Virus record (IMG/VR): IMGVR_UViG_3300031965_000039
Location: 1 to 54,425 of that record
Direction: 5' to 3' (one strand)
DNA from: a virus
Lineage: Duplodnaviria > Caudoviricetes
DNA length: 54,425 nucleotides
The translations under genes were made by a program, and so were the position numbers. How positions within the stretch are numbered: the first letter of the stretch is position 1; every line of letters begins with the position of its first letter. Of this stretch, positions 1 to 8,796 are shown piece by piece. A model generated the notes under the pieces. The model was not told the origin of the DNA, ran no database searches, and was given only the letters and a program-made list of their open reading frames with translations.

Positions 1-2
1 TA

Positions 3-182
3 GATATTACGTCTCTGATTCATTTGATTATAGGTTTCTTGATGGCACCACTTGGGATTTGGATTGTTTTGGCTTTTTCACTGGGAGGTGAGCGATCTGA
101 TGGCACAAATTCAGATCAAGGGGCTGATCCTCTAGATGCAGCATTCTCACTTTTAGGATTTTACCTTTTTGGATTGCTATGA
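3..182 (+). CDS. 3' end of a small membrane protein (partial)
   Basis: Open frame from window start: DITSLIHLIIGFLMAPLGIWIVLAFSLGGE...AAFSLLGFYLFGLL*; hydrophobic segments; stop overlaps next ATG. Confidence 0.5.
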   Translation, partial: DITSLIHLIIGFLMAPLGIWIVLAFSLGGERSDGTNSDQGADPLDAAFSLLGFYLFGLL

Positions 183-406
183 ATCAAGTCAAACATCTGC
201 CCGCTGATAAACAACAGGAGAAGCAAATGGGCAATGGTAGCGTTACTTGGAAGTGGGTTTCTGCCCTTCTTATGGCAGTAGTCTTATCTATTGGTGGTTA
301 TCTTTATGCTGCAATGGATAAGAAAGTCACTGCGATTGGCGAGCAACTTGCCGATGTTAAAACACAATTAGCTGAAATCAAAACGGAACTTAGGCTAAAA
401 AGATGA
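179..406 (+). CDS. single-TM coiled-coil protein (holin/spanin-like candidate)
   Basis: One TM helix then heptad-like tail; in lysis region; SD AGGAG suggests the later start MGNG. Confidence 0.5.
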   Translation: MNQVKHLPADKQQEKQMGNGSVTWKWVSALLMAVVLSIGGYLYAAMDKKVTAIGEQLADVKTQLAEIKTELRLKR

Positions 407-861
407 AGTCAACTCGTCTGATTTGCAAAGTAATCTTTGAGCCTGTTGTTGTAGGGCAAGTGGTGTTGATATTTCTATTGTGGTGGCTTGTTTCTTGCTC
501 GAATGGGGAGTCGGCCTTGAAGGTCGGCGAGGTCAGCCGAAAAGTGGAAATCTCTTGGAGTCCGAACATGGAGAGCGACATTCTCGGTTATTATATCATG
601 CTCAAGAGGGCATCGGAACCAGCTTGGTCAGTATCTCCGTTCATTTTCCACCCGGATACCATGTATACTTTCAACAATCTGTGGGATTATCCCATGCAAG
701 AGATATTCTTCACAGTCATAGCAAGAGACAAAGAGAACCTTGAGTCTATTCCATCGGACACGGTCTCGGTGTTCACAGATACGACAGTAGTTGTAAGTCG
801 TCCTCCTACGAAGGTTAGGGGAATTAAGGTCAGGACAATAACGGAAGTAGGTGTGCAATGA
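403..861 (+). CDS. lipoprotein with fibronectin type III-like domain
   Basis: Lipobox LVSC; ISWSPN-ESDILGYYI...FTVIARDKENLES-PS pattern. Confidence 0.65.
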   Translation: MKSTRLICKVIFEPVVVGQVVLIFLLWWLVSCSNGESALKVGEVSRKVEISWSPNMESDILGYYIMLKRASEPAWSVSPFIFHPDTMYTFNNLWDYPMQEIFFTVIARDKENLESIPSDTVSVFTDTTVVVSRPPTKVRGIKVRTITEVGVQ

Positions 862-1463
862 GGACCGGAACTGCTACAAAGTTTAATCCTGGCTATTGTA
901 CCGACAATGAACTTGAAAGAGTTGAAGGCTGTTATGAAAACTTTGCTAACTTCATTCTTGAGCATGGTGGTTGGAATGGAAAAATTGTTGACATTGGCAA
1001 GGACAATCCTAAGAGACGCTTCCTCGAAAAATATTTAGAGGTAGAGATTGAAACTGTTGACTATTCAGATTTCAATTTTGATGTAATCAATTTCGAAGCT
1101 GATTGCATTTTATGCTTCGAGGTAATTGAGCATCTTCAAAATCCGCTTTGGTTTATGAAACAGTTGGCTCAGAACATGAAAAGTGATACGATTCTGTATT
1201 TATCAACTCCGAATAGGCCACAGGTTATGAGATGGAATCCACGACATTTTAGGGAGTATAAACCACAGGAGTTAATAGATTGGTTATTGAACCCTGCCAG
1301 CCTTCGAGTGGAAAACATGGCAAAGATTGAGGCTTTAAAAATCAAGTGGGTTAGTTTTTTAACTGGTATTCGTCCTTTGATACGTATCATTCCGCAATTC
1401 CTATGGGGTGGTAAGACTCAAATTTATAAAATTGTGAAGGACATAGATACCTTTTTGGAGTAA
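858..1463 (+). CDS. class I SAM-dependent methyltransferase
   Basis: IVDIG, DCILCFEVIEHL-NP, LYLSTPN motifs. Confidence 0.8.
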   Translation: MRTGTATKFNPGYCTDNELERVEGCYENFANFILEHGGWNGKIVDIGKDNPKRRFLEKYLEVEIETVDYSDFNFDVINFEADCILCFEVIEHLQNPLWFMKQLAQNMKSDTILYLSTPNRPQVMRWNPRHFREYKPQELIDWLLNPASLRVENMAKIEALKIKWVSFLTGIRPLIRIIPQFLWGGKTQIYKIVKDIDTFLE

Positions 1464-1468
1464 GATAA

Positions 1469-1573
1469 ATGTTAGAAATTGGGATTCCTTTAGCAATTTT
1501 ATTTCTGGCTATGCTTGTAGTGCGCAAGATTGCAAGAGAGCAGAAAATGGGTGATGAGAACAAACCTCAATGA
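1469..1573 (+). CDS. 34-aa single-TM peptide (holin/antiholin candidate)
   Basis: MLEIGIPLAILFLAMLVVRKIAREQ...; GGAG SD; stop overlaps endolysin start. Confidence 0.5.
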   Translation: MLEIGIPLAILFLAMLVVRKIAREQKMGDENKPQ

Positions 1574-2133
1574 ACATTTCTAATACCGGCAAAATAATGA
1601 TTGTCAACTTGGAAGGATTGCGCTACGATGCTTATGATGACGCAACCGGCCAGCCCATAACCAACACGACGAAGTTAGTTGGCCGTCCTACTATCGGTGT
1701 GGGCCATCTCGTAACTAAAAAAGAATATGAAAGTGGTGTGATTCGGATTTATGAAGGAGCGAATTTCGAAGATGTGCATTGGCGGGATGGCTTGACAGAT
1801 AAACAGATCATGAAATTACTTGCGATGGATTTGAAACAAGCGGAGTTAATAATCGAGAATCACGTTAAAGTCGCATTAACACAATCTCAACATGACAGTC
1901 TCATCTCGTTCATATTCAATATTGGTCCCGGAAAGAAGGGAAGCAAAGACGGATTCGTTACTTTAAAGAACGGACAACCTTCAACGATACTGATAAAATT
2001 AAACGCTGGCGATTATGAAGGTGCACGGGATGAAATGGAAAAATGGGTAAAGGCTGATGGGAAAATCAATGAGGGTTTGGTCAATCGCCGGAACAAGGAA
2101 ATAGAAATGTGGGACAAAGGAGTTTGGAGTTAA
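1570..2133 (+). CDS. endolysin, GH24 lysozyme
   Basis: EG-R-AY-D...TIGVGH, LTQSQHDSLISFIFNIG, GLVNRR-KE motifs. Confidence 0.92.
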   Translation: MNISNTGKIMIVNLEGLRYDAYDDATGQPITNTTKLVGRPTIGVGHLVTKKEYESGVIRIYEGANFEDVHWRDGLTDKQIMKLLAMDLKQAELIIENHVKVALTQSQHDSLISFIFNIGPGKKGSKDGFVTLKNGQPSTILIKLNAGDYEGARDEMEKWVKADGKINEGLVNRRNKEIEMWDKGVWS

Positions 2134-2143
2134 GATTAAAAGA

Positions 2144-2458
2144 TTGAAATTTGAGGAAAAAATGAATAGATTACTTATAATTGCCGCAAAGTTCATTGTT
2201 CAAAAAGTTATGCCTAATGTGATTAAAGTTGGATTAGACAAGTTGGATGGTAAAAAGTTTGATGGTTCAAAAAGGTTATTTGGTGCGGTTGGTATTGGTC
2301 TCGGAATTGGTATGTATGCAGTTCCAGAAATTTGGCCTATGTTCAAACCGGTTCAACCATTTGCTCTTGACATGACAATACTCGGAGGGAGTACATTGAT
2401 TGTGGGAACTGCCCACTGGCTTACTAAACTTGAAAAACAAATAACAAAGGAGCAATGA
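2144..2458 (+). CDS. membrane protein, holin candidate
   Basis: Two hydrophobic segments; follows endolysin. Confidence 0.5.
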   Translation: MKFEEKMNRLLIIAAKFIVQKVMPNVIKVGLDKLDGKKFDGSKRLFGAVGIGLGIGMYAVPEIWPMFKPVQPFALDMTILGGSTLIVGTAHWLTKLEKQITKEQ

Positions 2459-2459
2459 T

Positions 2460-2816
2460 ATGCCTATCACGAAAGAAGCTTTTCAGGAATTACTCGAAGC
2501 TGTGGATGCAGCCATCACCATTGTCAATCCACTATTGGATGGTTTTCAATTGACCCAAGATTTAGCTGGACTATTTACTGGTTTAACAAAGATTCCAAAT
2601 GCCTACCAGGGTATCGGTGAAGTTGATGATGCACTTGATGCGATTACGCCAGAGCAATATGCACAAGTTGACCAATTGGTTGATTCCCGCATCACAACTA
2701 TTGTTAAGGATGCTGCGTATCAGAAATGGCGTCCGAAGATCGTTAATGCAACATTGGCAATCGCAGCGGTAATTGTCGGTGTCGCCTCTGGCGCATTGAC
2801 ACGAGCAAAAAAATAA
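2460..2816 (+). CDS. hypothetical protein with hydrophobic C-terminus
   Basis: AGGAG SD; contiguous with lysis genes. Confidence 0.6.
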   Translation: MPITKEAFQELLEAVDAAITIVNPLLDGFQLTQDLAGLFTGLTKIPNAYQGIGEVDDALDAITPEQYAQVDQLVDSRITTIVKDAAYQKWRPKIVNATLAIAAVIVGVASGALTRAKK

Positions 2817-2850
2817 TCTTCTGTTTCATCATTTTAATCCTCCTTGGTTG

Positions 2851-2885
2851 AAGTCGGGATGCTTAATCGTGTCCCGACTTTTTTT
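2851..2885 (+). terminator. intrinsic terminator between convergent operons
   Basis: AAGTCGGGA...TCCCGACTT stem followed by T-run. Confidence 0.8.
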
Positions 2886-2891
2886 GTATTT

Positions 2892-3251
2892 TCACACTTC
2901 ATTCAAATACCGGAATAAACTTTGATAAGCATTTAATTCTGCTTCAAGAGCACTCATGCCAGCAATTGCATTTCGATACTGTGCTTCTGCCAAATCTTTT
3001 TTCAATGCCCACTCCCAGCATATTCCTTGGGCTACTTTTGGTCTCACCGTTGCTGGCATATTTTTTAGTATCTGCCCTTCAAATTCAATTCCAGAATCGG
3101 AACCAAGTTTTATGATAGCTTTTGCAAGCTCGCGGTCGTAATCAGCTAAAGCTTCGGCCTTGGCTTTTCCGCGCTCGGCTAATTCCTTGCGGCCTATTGC
3201 AAGAGCGTTAATCCGCCGTTCTATTTCTTCTGCAACTTTGATTATTTCCAT
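2892..3251 (-). CDS. hypothetical coiled-coil protein
   Basis: 119-aa helical ORF at end of leftward operon. Confidence 0.7.
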   Translation of the reverse strand: MEIIKVAEEIERRINALAIGRKELAERGKAKAEALADYDRELAKAIIKLGSDSGIEFEGQILKNMPATVRPKVAQGICWEWALKKDLAEAQYRNAIAGMSALEAELNAYQSLFRYLNEV

Positions 3252-3420
3252 TGTTATGCTTCTCTATTGCACGCTTTGTTAGGCGTGATTTTATGCTGGC
3301 AATGCGTCCCCATAACGTAAGACCTTCATCAGCTTCACATCCATCAAGGATTGCTTCGGCATATTCAATTTCTGCGAGTAATTCTTCGCGGGTGAATTCA
3401 TTACGATTTCTACGAGACAT
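3208..3420 (-). CDS. hypothetical protein in attC-bounded cassette
   Basis: AGGAG SD; lies between GTTAGGCGT and ACGCCTAAC. Confidence 0.6.
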   Translation of the reverse strand: MSRRNRNEFTREELLAEIEYAEAILDGCEADEGLTLWGRIASIKSRLTKRAIEKHNNGNNQSCRRNRTAD

Positions 3421-3442
3421 GATTTTCTCCTAAACGCCTAAC
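3278..3442. mobile_element. integron-like gene cassette with attC half-sites
   Basis: Ends GTTAGGCGT (3278-3286) and ACGCCTAAC (3434-3442) are 9/9 complementary; each abuts a truncated attC-like arm. Confidence 0.55.
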
Positions 3443-3486
3443 GGTTTGCTTTACCTGCGCTTTGTGGTAGGCAACGTATGTTTGTT

Positions 3487-3876
3487 TTAAATGCCCAGAC
3501 TCTTTTTGCGTCTCATTTTATTTTTGCATTCAGGTGAATAATATTTTGAATTCCAAGACCATTTTATCAAACGCTTCTTGCATCCACATACACAGAATGC
3601 AATTTTGTTGATTGGGATTAGCATACCAGTAACATCACATGATTTGCCAAGTAAGAAACGCTCCCATTCTGTTTGTGTCGGATTGAGATCGCGCGATACC
3701 ATTACTCGTAGATTTGATGCTGTGATCCCCATCCATTCTGCTATTTCGCCATAAGTCATTTCGTGATCCTTTTTGTAGGCTAAAATAGCTGGTAGGTAAT
3801 ACGTACCGTCCAGACGGTTCTTTTTAGGTCTCATGTAGTTTGTAGCGTTTATAGCGTATGTCTTTCTAATATACAA
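3487..3876 (-). CDS. HTH protein with Cys-rich C-terminus
   Basis: MTYGEIAEWMGITASNL helix-turn-helix; CVCGC...YYSPEC. Confidence 0.55.
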   Translation of the reverse strand: MYIRKTYAINATNYMRPKKNRLDGTYYLPAILAYKKDHEMTYGEIAEWMGITASNLRVMVSRDLNPTQTEWERFLLGKSCDVTGMLIPINKIAFCVCGCKKRLIKWSWNSKYYSPECKNKMRRKKSLGI

Positions 3877-3929
3877 CAGAAGATAACCTGATTTGCAGAT
3901 AATTCACAGAAATAATCCTTGCTTTTTGG

Positions 3930-4124
3930 TTATTGATTTACAACTTTCAATATCTTTTCATGTCGGTCAAGTCTTTGGTTTGCCAATCGAAACATATCGG
4001 CATAAGTCATAGAGCGCTCAATCAGCTCCCCATCAACCAAATCGCAACGGTCATTACTTTCCTCATGTTCTTCAGAAAGCAACTGATTATAGTAATCAAG
4101 ATTTTCGTCCTTCCATGTTCCCAT
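3930..4124 (-). CDS. hypothetical protein
   Basis: Tightly packed in leftward operon. Confidence 0.55.
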   Translation of the reverse strand: MGTWKDENLDYYNQLLSEEHEESNDRCDLVDGELIERSMTYADMFRLANQRLDRHEKILKVVNQ

Positions 4125-4130
4125 TTTTTA

Positions 4131-4745
4131 TTATTTCTTGACTATTCCCTTGAATGCTGATTCAAAACTCAATAATTCATCTACAAATTTATCTATGCCA
4201 TCTTTCAAATTTGCAATAAATTTTTCGTCTCGTTCTACCCTATAAATGAATATATCCCGATAACGATTGCGAGGATCGTAACTTACAAAATCACTCCACT
4301 GTCTGCCAGTCACCCACAGCTCGCCTTGAATCTGTTTCATGTGCTCCGTTGGAACCACGCCGTCAATAATATACTTCACATGAGTATGGCTCGCTGGGCA
4401 TTTAATTTGCACCAAACCATCTTCACCTACAAGACTATCAGGCGATGCGCCAATGTTTTCATCCAGGGCCACAAACCCAACTTGACTTACTTCCTGGCCT
4501 GTTTCTAATTCATAGGCCAAACGTGCTCGCCATTCCCATTCATTCCCCCATTGAATATATTTTGAGGTATAACCGTTTTCGTCAATTTCACCAGTCAATC
4601 GTTCGGCGAGTAACTTGCACATATAGGCCATCCTCGTTTTACCTTCACCTTTAGCCAAGGCATCAGCAAAACAAGACGCAGTAACTTTCCCACGCCGAGC
4701 TTCATGCCATTCGGCAGTACCTTGAACGCACTCAATGATCTTCAC
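4131..4745 (-). CDS. YqaJ / lambda-exonuclease family recombination nuclease
   Basis: QGTAEWHEARRGKVTAS, GASPD, IKCP, QIQG motifs; GTG start overlaps ERF stop. Confidence 0.92.
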   Translation of the reverse strand: MKIIECVQGTAEWHEARRGKVTASCFADALAKGEGKTRMAYMCKLLAERLTGEIDENGYTSKYIQWGNEWEWRARLAYELETGQEVSQVGFVALDENIGASPDSLVGEDGLVQIKCPASHTHVKYIIDGVVPTEHMKQIQGELWVTGRQWSDFVSYDPRNRYRDIFIYRVERDEKFIANLKDGIDKFVDELLSFESAFKGIVKK

Positions 4746-5518
4746 TTTACGATCACTTTCTTTTGTTGATATCTGATAATTCGATTCTTGCATTGCTGAA
4801 AATCGCTCTCCTTCAAATCGGCAAGAGTTTCAATAGAATAAAACTGGCAAGTCTTTGTATAAAGTACTTCATCATTTGATCCGATTAACTTTTCGAGTTC
4901 CATTTTCTGATCATCTGAAATAGTTGTTTCATCACCTTTTTCGTTTCCACCGCGATTTCCGTCATCATCTTCACCAGCCGCCACCAAACCAAGCGCCATA
5001 AACAAACTGATTCGGCGCCCGTAACTAACTGATGAATTGACTTTTTGAATACTGTTCATTCTTTGAGTACCAGGATCAACCGGGGCCATAAAAGTAGCCG
5101 TGCGAGAATGTCCAAGAATATGTTTCACAGTACAAATAATCTTGACCTTATTATCTTCTGTGAATTCCCCATCAAAAGAATATGATAATTCGGATTCGGC
5201 TAATGGTTTTTGAATCAGTGGAATTACATCTTCGAGTGCAGCATACTTGAAATAAACTTTGCCACTTGTTGCATCTTTAGCTTCTGTCTTTTTTCCAATC
5301 ACCGGGCAAGAAGATTGAAATTTTGACATTGCTTCGTTAAAAGAACGTTCAGCAATCTGTTTATCATAACGTTCTTTCAAGGCAACTAAACGCTCAAGCG
5401 TTTCTACGTTAGAACCCTTTTCAACAGCAGCCATAAGAATCGTTTCAATCGAAGGGCTTTGAACTACAATCGATCTATTCGGATCTGTTTTAGTAAATAA
5501 TTCTTGAGTGTTTTCCAT
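4742..5518 (-). CDS. ERF family ssDNA-annealing protein
   Basis: FKYAALED, Q-SSVSYGRR-SL-ALGL-GEDDDG motifs. Confidence 0.9.
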   Translation of the reverse strand: MENTQELFTKTDPNRSIVVQSPSIETILMAAVEKGSNVETLERLVALKERYDKQIAERSFNEAMSKFQSSCPVIGKKTEAKDATSGKVYFKYAALEDVIPLIQKPLAESELSYSFDGEFTEDNKVKIICTVKHILGHSRTATFMAPVDPGTQRMNSIQKVNSSVSYGRRISLFMALGLVAAGEDDDGNRGGNEKGDETTISDDQKMELEKLIGSNDEVLYTKTCQFYSIETLADLKESDFQQCKNRIIRYQQKKVIVK

Positions 5519-5676
5519 AACGAATTCTCCTAAAGGGTTTTATATTTCTTGTGCAATTAAAATATCAAGTAATTTACAAAGATTTTCTAACCAAACCGCC
5601 AAACGTTCAATTTGGTTGGGACATCGAAAATGGTTCAGACATGCCAGCTTTCATAACTATCAAAAAAGATGGACAA

Positions 5677-5907
5677 CTATTGCAATAAACCTTGTTCATG
5701 TCGCTCTTTCACAAGAGGACAGTCAGTATATTTAACCATTTCTTCGTGCTCGGCCAGACACTTTATGCAAATTTCATCCTCTTTGATTCCTGGTAAATGT
5801 TTGTGCAACAACTCTAAATACCGGGCATCTTCTGGTAATTTTATATTTGGATCGTCTATGAAGCAAGCCATAACAAAGAAACCTAACTTTTGCTGCACTG
5901 GATGCAA
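5677..5907 (-). CDS. hypothetical protein
   Basis: ORF beginning inside/after attC-like site; start uncertain. Confidence 0.5.
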   Translation of the reverse strand: MHPVQQKLGFFVMACFIDDPNIKLPEDARYLELLHKHLPGIKEDEICIKCLAEHEEMVKYTDCPLVKERHEQGLLQ

Positions 5908-6012
5908 AAGCTGTGATTTTTAAAGATTGTCCAATGCATAATCCATAGTTCAGTTAATTATCGTTGCTCCTGACGCATTAAATCTTTTGCACCAGTGAGC
6001 ATTGCGTTAGCC
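5881..6012 (+). mobile_element. attC-like recombination site (complete)
   Basis: ACCTAAC-TTTT-GCT[G]CACTGG[A]TGCAAAAG ... CTTTTGCACCAGTGAGC-ATTGC-GTTAGCC: R boxes, unpaired spacers, two extrahelical bases. Confidence 0.8.
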
Positions 6013-6473
6013 GACCTTTGGCTTTCTTTCCATTCTTTGTATGCTGTTCTTTTTTGTTTCGCCACGGCTGTCAGTTCCCTGCGTTTTGCATTTATTTCCC
6101 GTCGCAGATTCCACTCTCTCGTATAGAGCCTCTCGTACTGGAGTCGCAGGTCGGCTAACAAGTCACCAGCTTTCTTGGTAGCTTTTGTGTTTGGTTCTAC
6201 GCTGCTTTCAGAGATGTAGTGACGCGCAGCATCATGCATGTTGCGGTAGTCCTCAAAGAACGAAATCAGGCGGTTGGTATCTCCCCCGAGCGCGCGGAAT
6301 TTCTTGTCGTAGTAGGTTTCCACGACGATGCAGCCATCCCGCCAAGACAGGAAATCTTCGCCATGATTTTCGAGAAATCGGACGAGCGCATCTAACAAGC
6401 CTGATGCAGCTAACGGCTCTCCCTCTCTGACTTCGTCGGGAGTCGTTGGTAATTGGTCATTCATTTTGGTCAC
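5958..6473 (-). CDS. hypothetical protein, apparent fusion of cassette modules
   Basis: Reads through attC-like arms at 6390, 6153 and 6006. Confidence 0.6.
   Translation of the reverse strand: MTKMNDQLPTTPDEVREGEPLAASGLLDALVRFLENHGEDFLSWRDGCIVVETYYDKKFRALGGDTNRLISFFEDYRNMHDAARHYISESSVEPNTKATKKAGDLLADLRLQYERLYTREWNLRREINAKRRELTAVAKQKRTAYKEWKESQRSANAMLTGAKDLMRQEQR
6006..6159. mobile_element. integron-like cassette
   Basis: Ends GTTAGCCGACCT (6006-6017) and AGGTCGGCTAAC (6148-6159) are 12/12 complementary. Confidence 0.65.
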
Positions 6474-6764
6474 TGTGTTTTCTCCTGGAGAGCGGCTTTT
6501 GAACGAATTGCCTTGACAGTTGCTATTATTTGGGCCGCAGCGTGATTTGTGAGACCGTCACCGTCGCCGCAGTGGTGATAAGCCGTGCCATAATGAGCAT
6601 CGAAAAGAATATCAAGAAGGTTTTCTAATTTCTGTACGTAAGCTTCTGAATTGTTCGTATTCAGTGACTGGATTGTTTTCATTTGAATTTCCTTTTTAAA
6701 GCGTTTCAAATGCATTTCTTTTTTGTTTACCATGGAGAGCCGTAGCTGATCCGGGTCGTTAGCA
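6390..6764 (+). mobile_element. attC-like site with ~310-nt loop
   Basis: ATCTAAC-AAGCCT-GAT[G]CAGCT[A]ACGGCTCTCC (6390-6422) pairs with GGAGAGCCGTAGCTGATC-CGGGTC-GTTAGCA (6734-6764). Confidence 0.7.
6470..6682 (-). CDS. hypothetical protein inside the attC-like loop
   Basis: MKTIQSLNT... preceded by AAGGA SD. Confidence 0.6.
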   Translation of the reverse strand: MKTIQSLNTNNSEAYVQKLENLLDILFDAHYGTAYHHCGDGDGLTNHAAAQIIATVKAIRSKAALQEKTQ

Positions 6765-6776
6765 CTCACTTTGTGC

Positions 6777-6992
6777 TCACCTTGATTCCGAGCTTTCAAG
6801 CAACTCATCGGCTCCGATGTCGGTATAAACCGCGTCGCTACTGTGGCCCATGTCGTCCTTCTCTCCAGTAATGACCATTACCGCTTTATGAATGTCTTTC
6901 TGTTTCTCGTTGTTGGCCTGCGCTAACGTAAGCAGCCTAATCAGTTGTAAGTACTCTGTTTTAGTTACTTTGGTTTTGTCTGTGTATTTCAT
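6777..6992 (-). CDS. hypothetical protein in cassette 6758-7011
   Basis: GGAG SD; cassette ends GTTAGCAC / GTGCTAAC 8/8 complementary. Confidence 0.65.
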   Translation of the reverse strand: MKYTDKTKVTKTEYLQLIRLLTLAQANNEKQKDIHKAVMVITGEKDDMGHSSDAVYTDIGADELLESSESR

Positions 6993-7004
6993 CTTTCTTC
7001 TCCG

Positions 7005-7058
7005 TGCTAACCAGCGATTCAAGCCGACGCGGTGTGACAGCGGCGGCAGTAGTTAAGC
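7005..7058 (+). mobile_element. truncated attC-like site
   Basis: TGCTAAC-CAGCG-ATTCAAGCCGACGC resembles classic attC left arm; ends GTTAAGC; L' box missing. Confidence 0.55.
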
Positions 7059-7063
7059 GGACA

Positions 7064-7252
7064 TTACCATGTTAACCGCACCATGCTTGGATTATCCGCC
7101 TTGAATCTTTCAGCAGGCATCTTGTTTGTTTTGATTGTTATATATAACCATCCGCTATTTTCTTCTACGTTTTCAACCAACGCAGGTGCAACTCTATCAT
7201 CGGGGTGCCGCCTAACTGGCGTCTGCTTCATCTTTTTCTCCTGTTGGTTCAT
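7064..7252 (-). CDS. hypothetical protein in cassette 7052-7216
   Basis: Ends GTTAAGCGG / CCGCCTAAC 8/9 complementary. Confidence 0.55.
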   Translation of the reverse strand: MNQQEKKMKQTPVRRHPDDRVAPALVENVEENSGWLYITIKTNKMPAERFKADNPSMVRLTW

Positions 7253-7535
7253 AAGTTAGATAGAATATATCGCATTTTACAGGGTAGAGTTCGCCCTTCA
7301 CACCACGAATGATCCAGTCACCCCACGAAACTAAGTGCTGACCTTCGAGCGTACCAATCGACAGCGTACCGTCTCCTGTTCCTTCTTCTGTCGGGTACAA
7401 CGAGCCAGGTGTTTCACGATCCAGTTGCCACGCCTGATGCATCCAGTTCGGCCAATCTACGTTGTTGGCGCGGCGCTCTTCGGTCATTTGGAATGCCTCG
7501 ATCACTACTGGCTTTTTGCGAAATTTCATGTTCAT
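7212..7535 (-). CDS. conserved phage protein (KKPVVIEA...TLEG...GDWII-GVKGE-YP)
   Basis: Recognisable widespread phage hypothetical motif set. Confidence 0.8.
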   Translation of the reverse strand: MNMKFRKKPVVIEAFQMTEERRANNVDWPNWMHQAWQLDRETPGSLYPTEEGTGDGTLSIGTLEGQHLVSWGDWIIRGVKGELYPVKCDIFYLTYEPTGEKDEADAS

Positions 7536-7554
7536 TTTTTCTCCCTTGTTCTCC

Positions 7555-7770
7555 TCAGAACTCATGGTTAATAAATTCTGAAAACATTTTTTCAACTACT
7601 TCCATCGCGCGTTCTTCACCGTAGTATTCGGTCAATTTTCCAATTGTGAAATTCTCCAACTCCCGCAAGGTATCGAAAAGAATCTGTTTGGTTTCTTCGG
7701 TAGCTTCATTGCGTGTGCTATCAAAATCAGCGGTTTGAATTTCTCTACGGGTATACCCTATGTCAGGCAC
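7555..7770 (-). CDS. hypothetical protein
   Basis: AGGAG SD, GTG start. Confidence 0.55.
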   Translation of the reverse strand: MPDIGYTRREIQTADFDSTRNEATEETKQILFDTLRELENFTIGKLTEYYGEERAMEVVEKMFSEFINHEF

Positions 7771-7881
7771 AGTAATTTCTCCTGTTTTTTAAGGCGCGGC
7801 TCGATTGCTTAGGCCTCTTTATCGTGAATAGCAAGTTCACCCTGACATACAACTTTCGGACTCTTAGTCTGCGGAATAAAA

Positions 7882-8097
7882 TTAAATTTCATTGGACTCT
7901 ATTTCTTCTAAGGCTTTGAGGGCTGCATAAAGTTTATGAGCAGATTCTTTTGAAATTGTAAAACTTATTTCCCACTCGTTAAGAATTTGATTTGCTGCCT
8001 TAATTAACTCCACGATTTCCTTAAATGCAATCTTTTCCAACTCCGCCGCATAGCACATTTCCGGTGTATAATTTTCCCAAGCTTGTTCTTTAGTCAT
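7882..8097 (-). CDS. hypothetical protein, paralog of 8094-8381
   Basis: Shared MTKEQAW start and ALKALEE end. Confidence 0.65.
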   Translation of the reverse strand: MTKEQAWENYTPEMCYAAELEKIAFKEIVELIKAANQILNEWEISFTISKESAHKLYAALKALEEIESNEI

Positions 8098-8381
8098 TGA
8101 TCGACCTCTTCTAAAGCTTTCAGAGCTTCGTCAAGCATGATACATTGCTGCGCATCATCTTGAAGATTCTCTTTCATAAACAACACAGCTTCTTCTGCTG
8201 CTGCTTGCAGGGCTGTGATTTTCCCGTTTAATGATTTCAGGATTTCCCGAATTTCATTTATATTATATTCGCGGGAATCATGGCCAGCATCAAAACCAGC
8301 GTAAAAAGATACGCGCTCACTCATACAATCCACATTTGATTTATATGGATTATATTTGTGCCAAGCTTGTTCTTTAGTCAC
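8094..8381 (-). CDS. hypothetical protein, paralog of 7882-8097
   Basis: Shared MTKEQAW start and ALKALEE end. Confidence 0.65.
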   Translation of the reverse strand: MTKEQAWHKYNPYKSNVDCMSERVSFYAGFDAGHDSREYNINEIREILKSLNGKITALQAAAEEAVLFMKENLQDDAQQCIMLDEALKALEEVDQ

Positions 8382-8572
8382 TTCTCTACCTCCACAAATT
8401 CAGGTAAAAACATCCAATGAGTTGGTCGTAAAGTATGACCATTAATTTTAAACAAACCATCTTCACCGAAATATGCAGTGGTATATCCCGAAATGTGAGG
8501 CCAGATCAAAACCTCGACAAGTCCTTCCTTTGAAACATCCGGCAACTCTGTTTTAACGTTTATCCAATCCAT
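8378..8572 (-). CDS. DUF551-like protein
   Basis: MDWINVKTELP...THWMFLPE. Confidence 0.8.
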   Translation of the reverse strand: MDWINVKTELPDVSKEGLVEVLIWPHISGYTTAYFGEDGLFKINGHTLRPTHWMFLPEFVEVEK

Positions 8573-8592
8573 TTATTTTGCCTCCACAAAAA

Positions 8593-8796
8593 TCATTTCA
8601 ATTCGGCTTCGCTAAGTTTTTTGTAAACCGATAGCATTTCAACTACGTCACCATTAGCGATTGCTTTTTCGGCGCGGTTAATATCGTACTTTAGTAAAGT
8701 TGCCCCGAAAATACCAGCAACCCCAATATCCTCATAAGATTTTAAAATCTTACGGCGGCGTTCGGCTTCTTTTTGCAATCCTTCAATCAGGTTCAT
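8593..8796 (-). CDS. hypothetical protein
   Basis: Overlapping start/stop packing. Confidence 0.6.
   Translation of the reverse strand: MNLIEGLQKEAERRRKILKSYEDIGVAGIFGATLLKYDINRAEKAIANGDVVEMLSVYKKLSEAELK

Noticed and set aside
1-182. Circular join of window end to start continuing the tail fibre
   Set aside because: The frame stays open across the join, but that has a 1-in-3 chance; the start encodes a membrane-type peptide and no terminal repeat is visible
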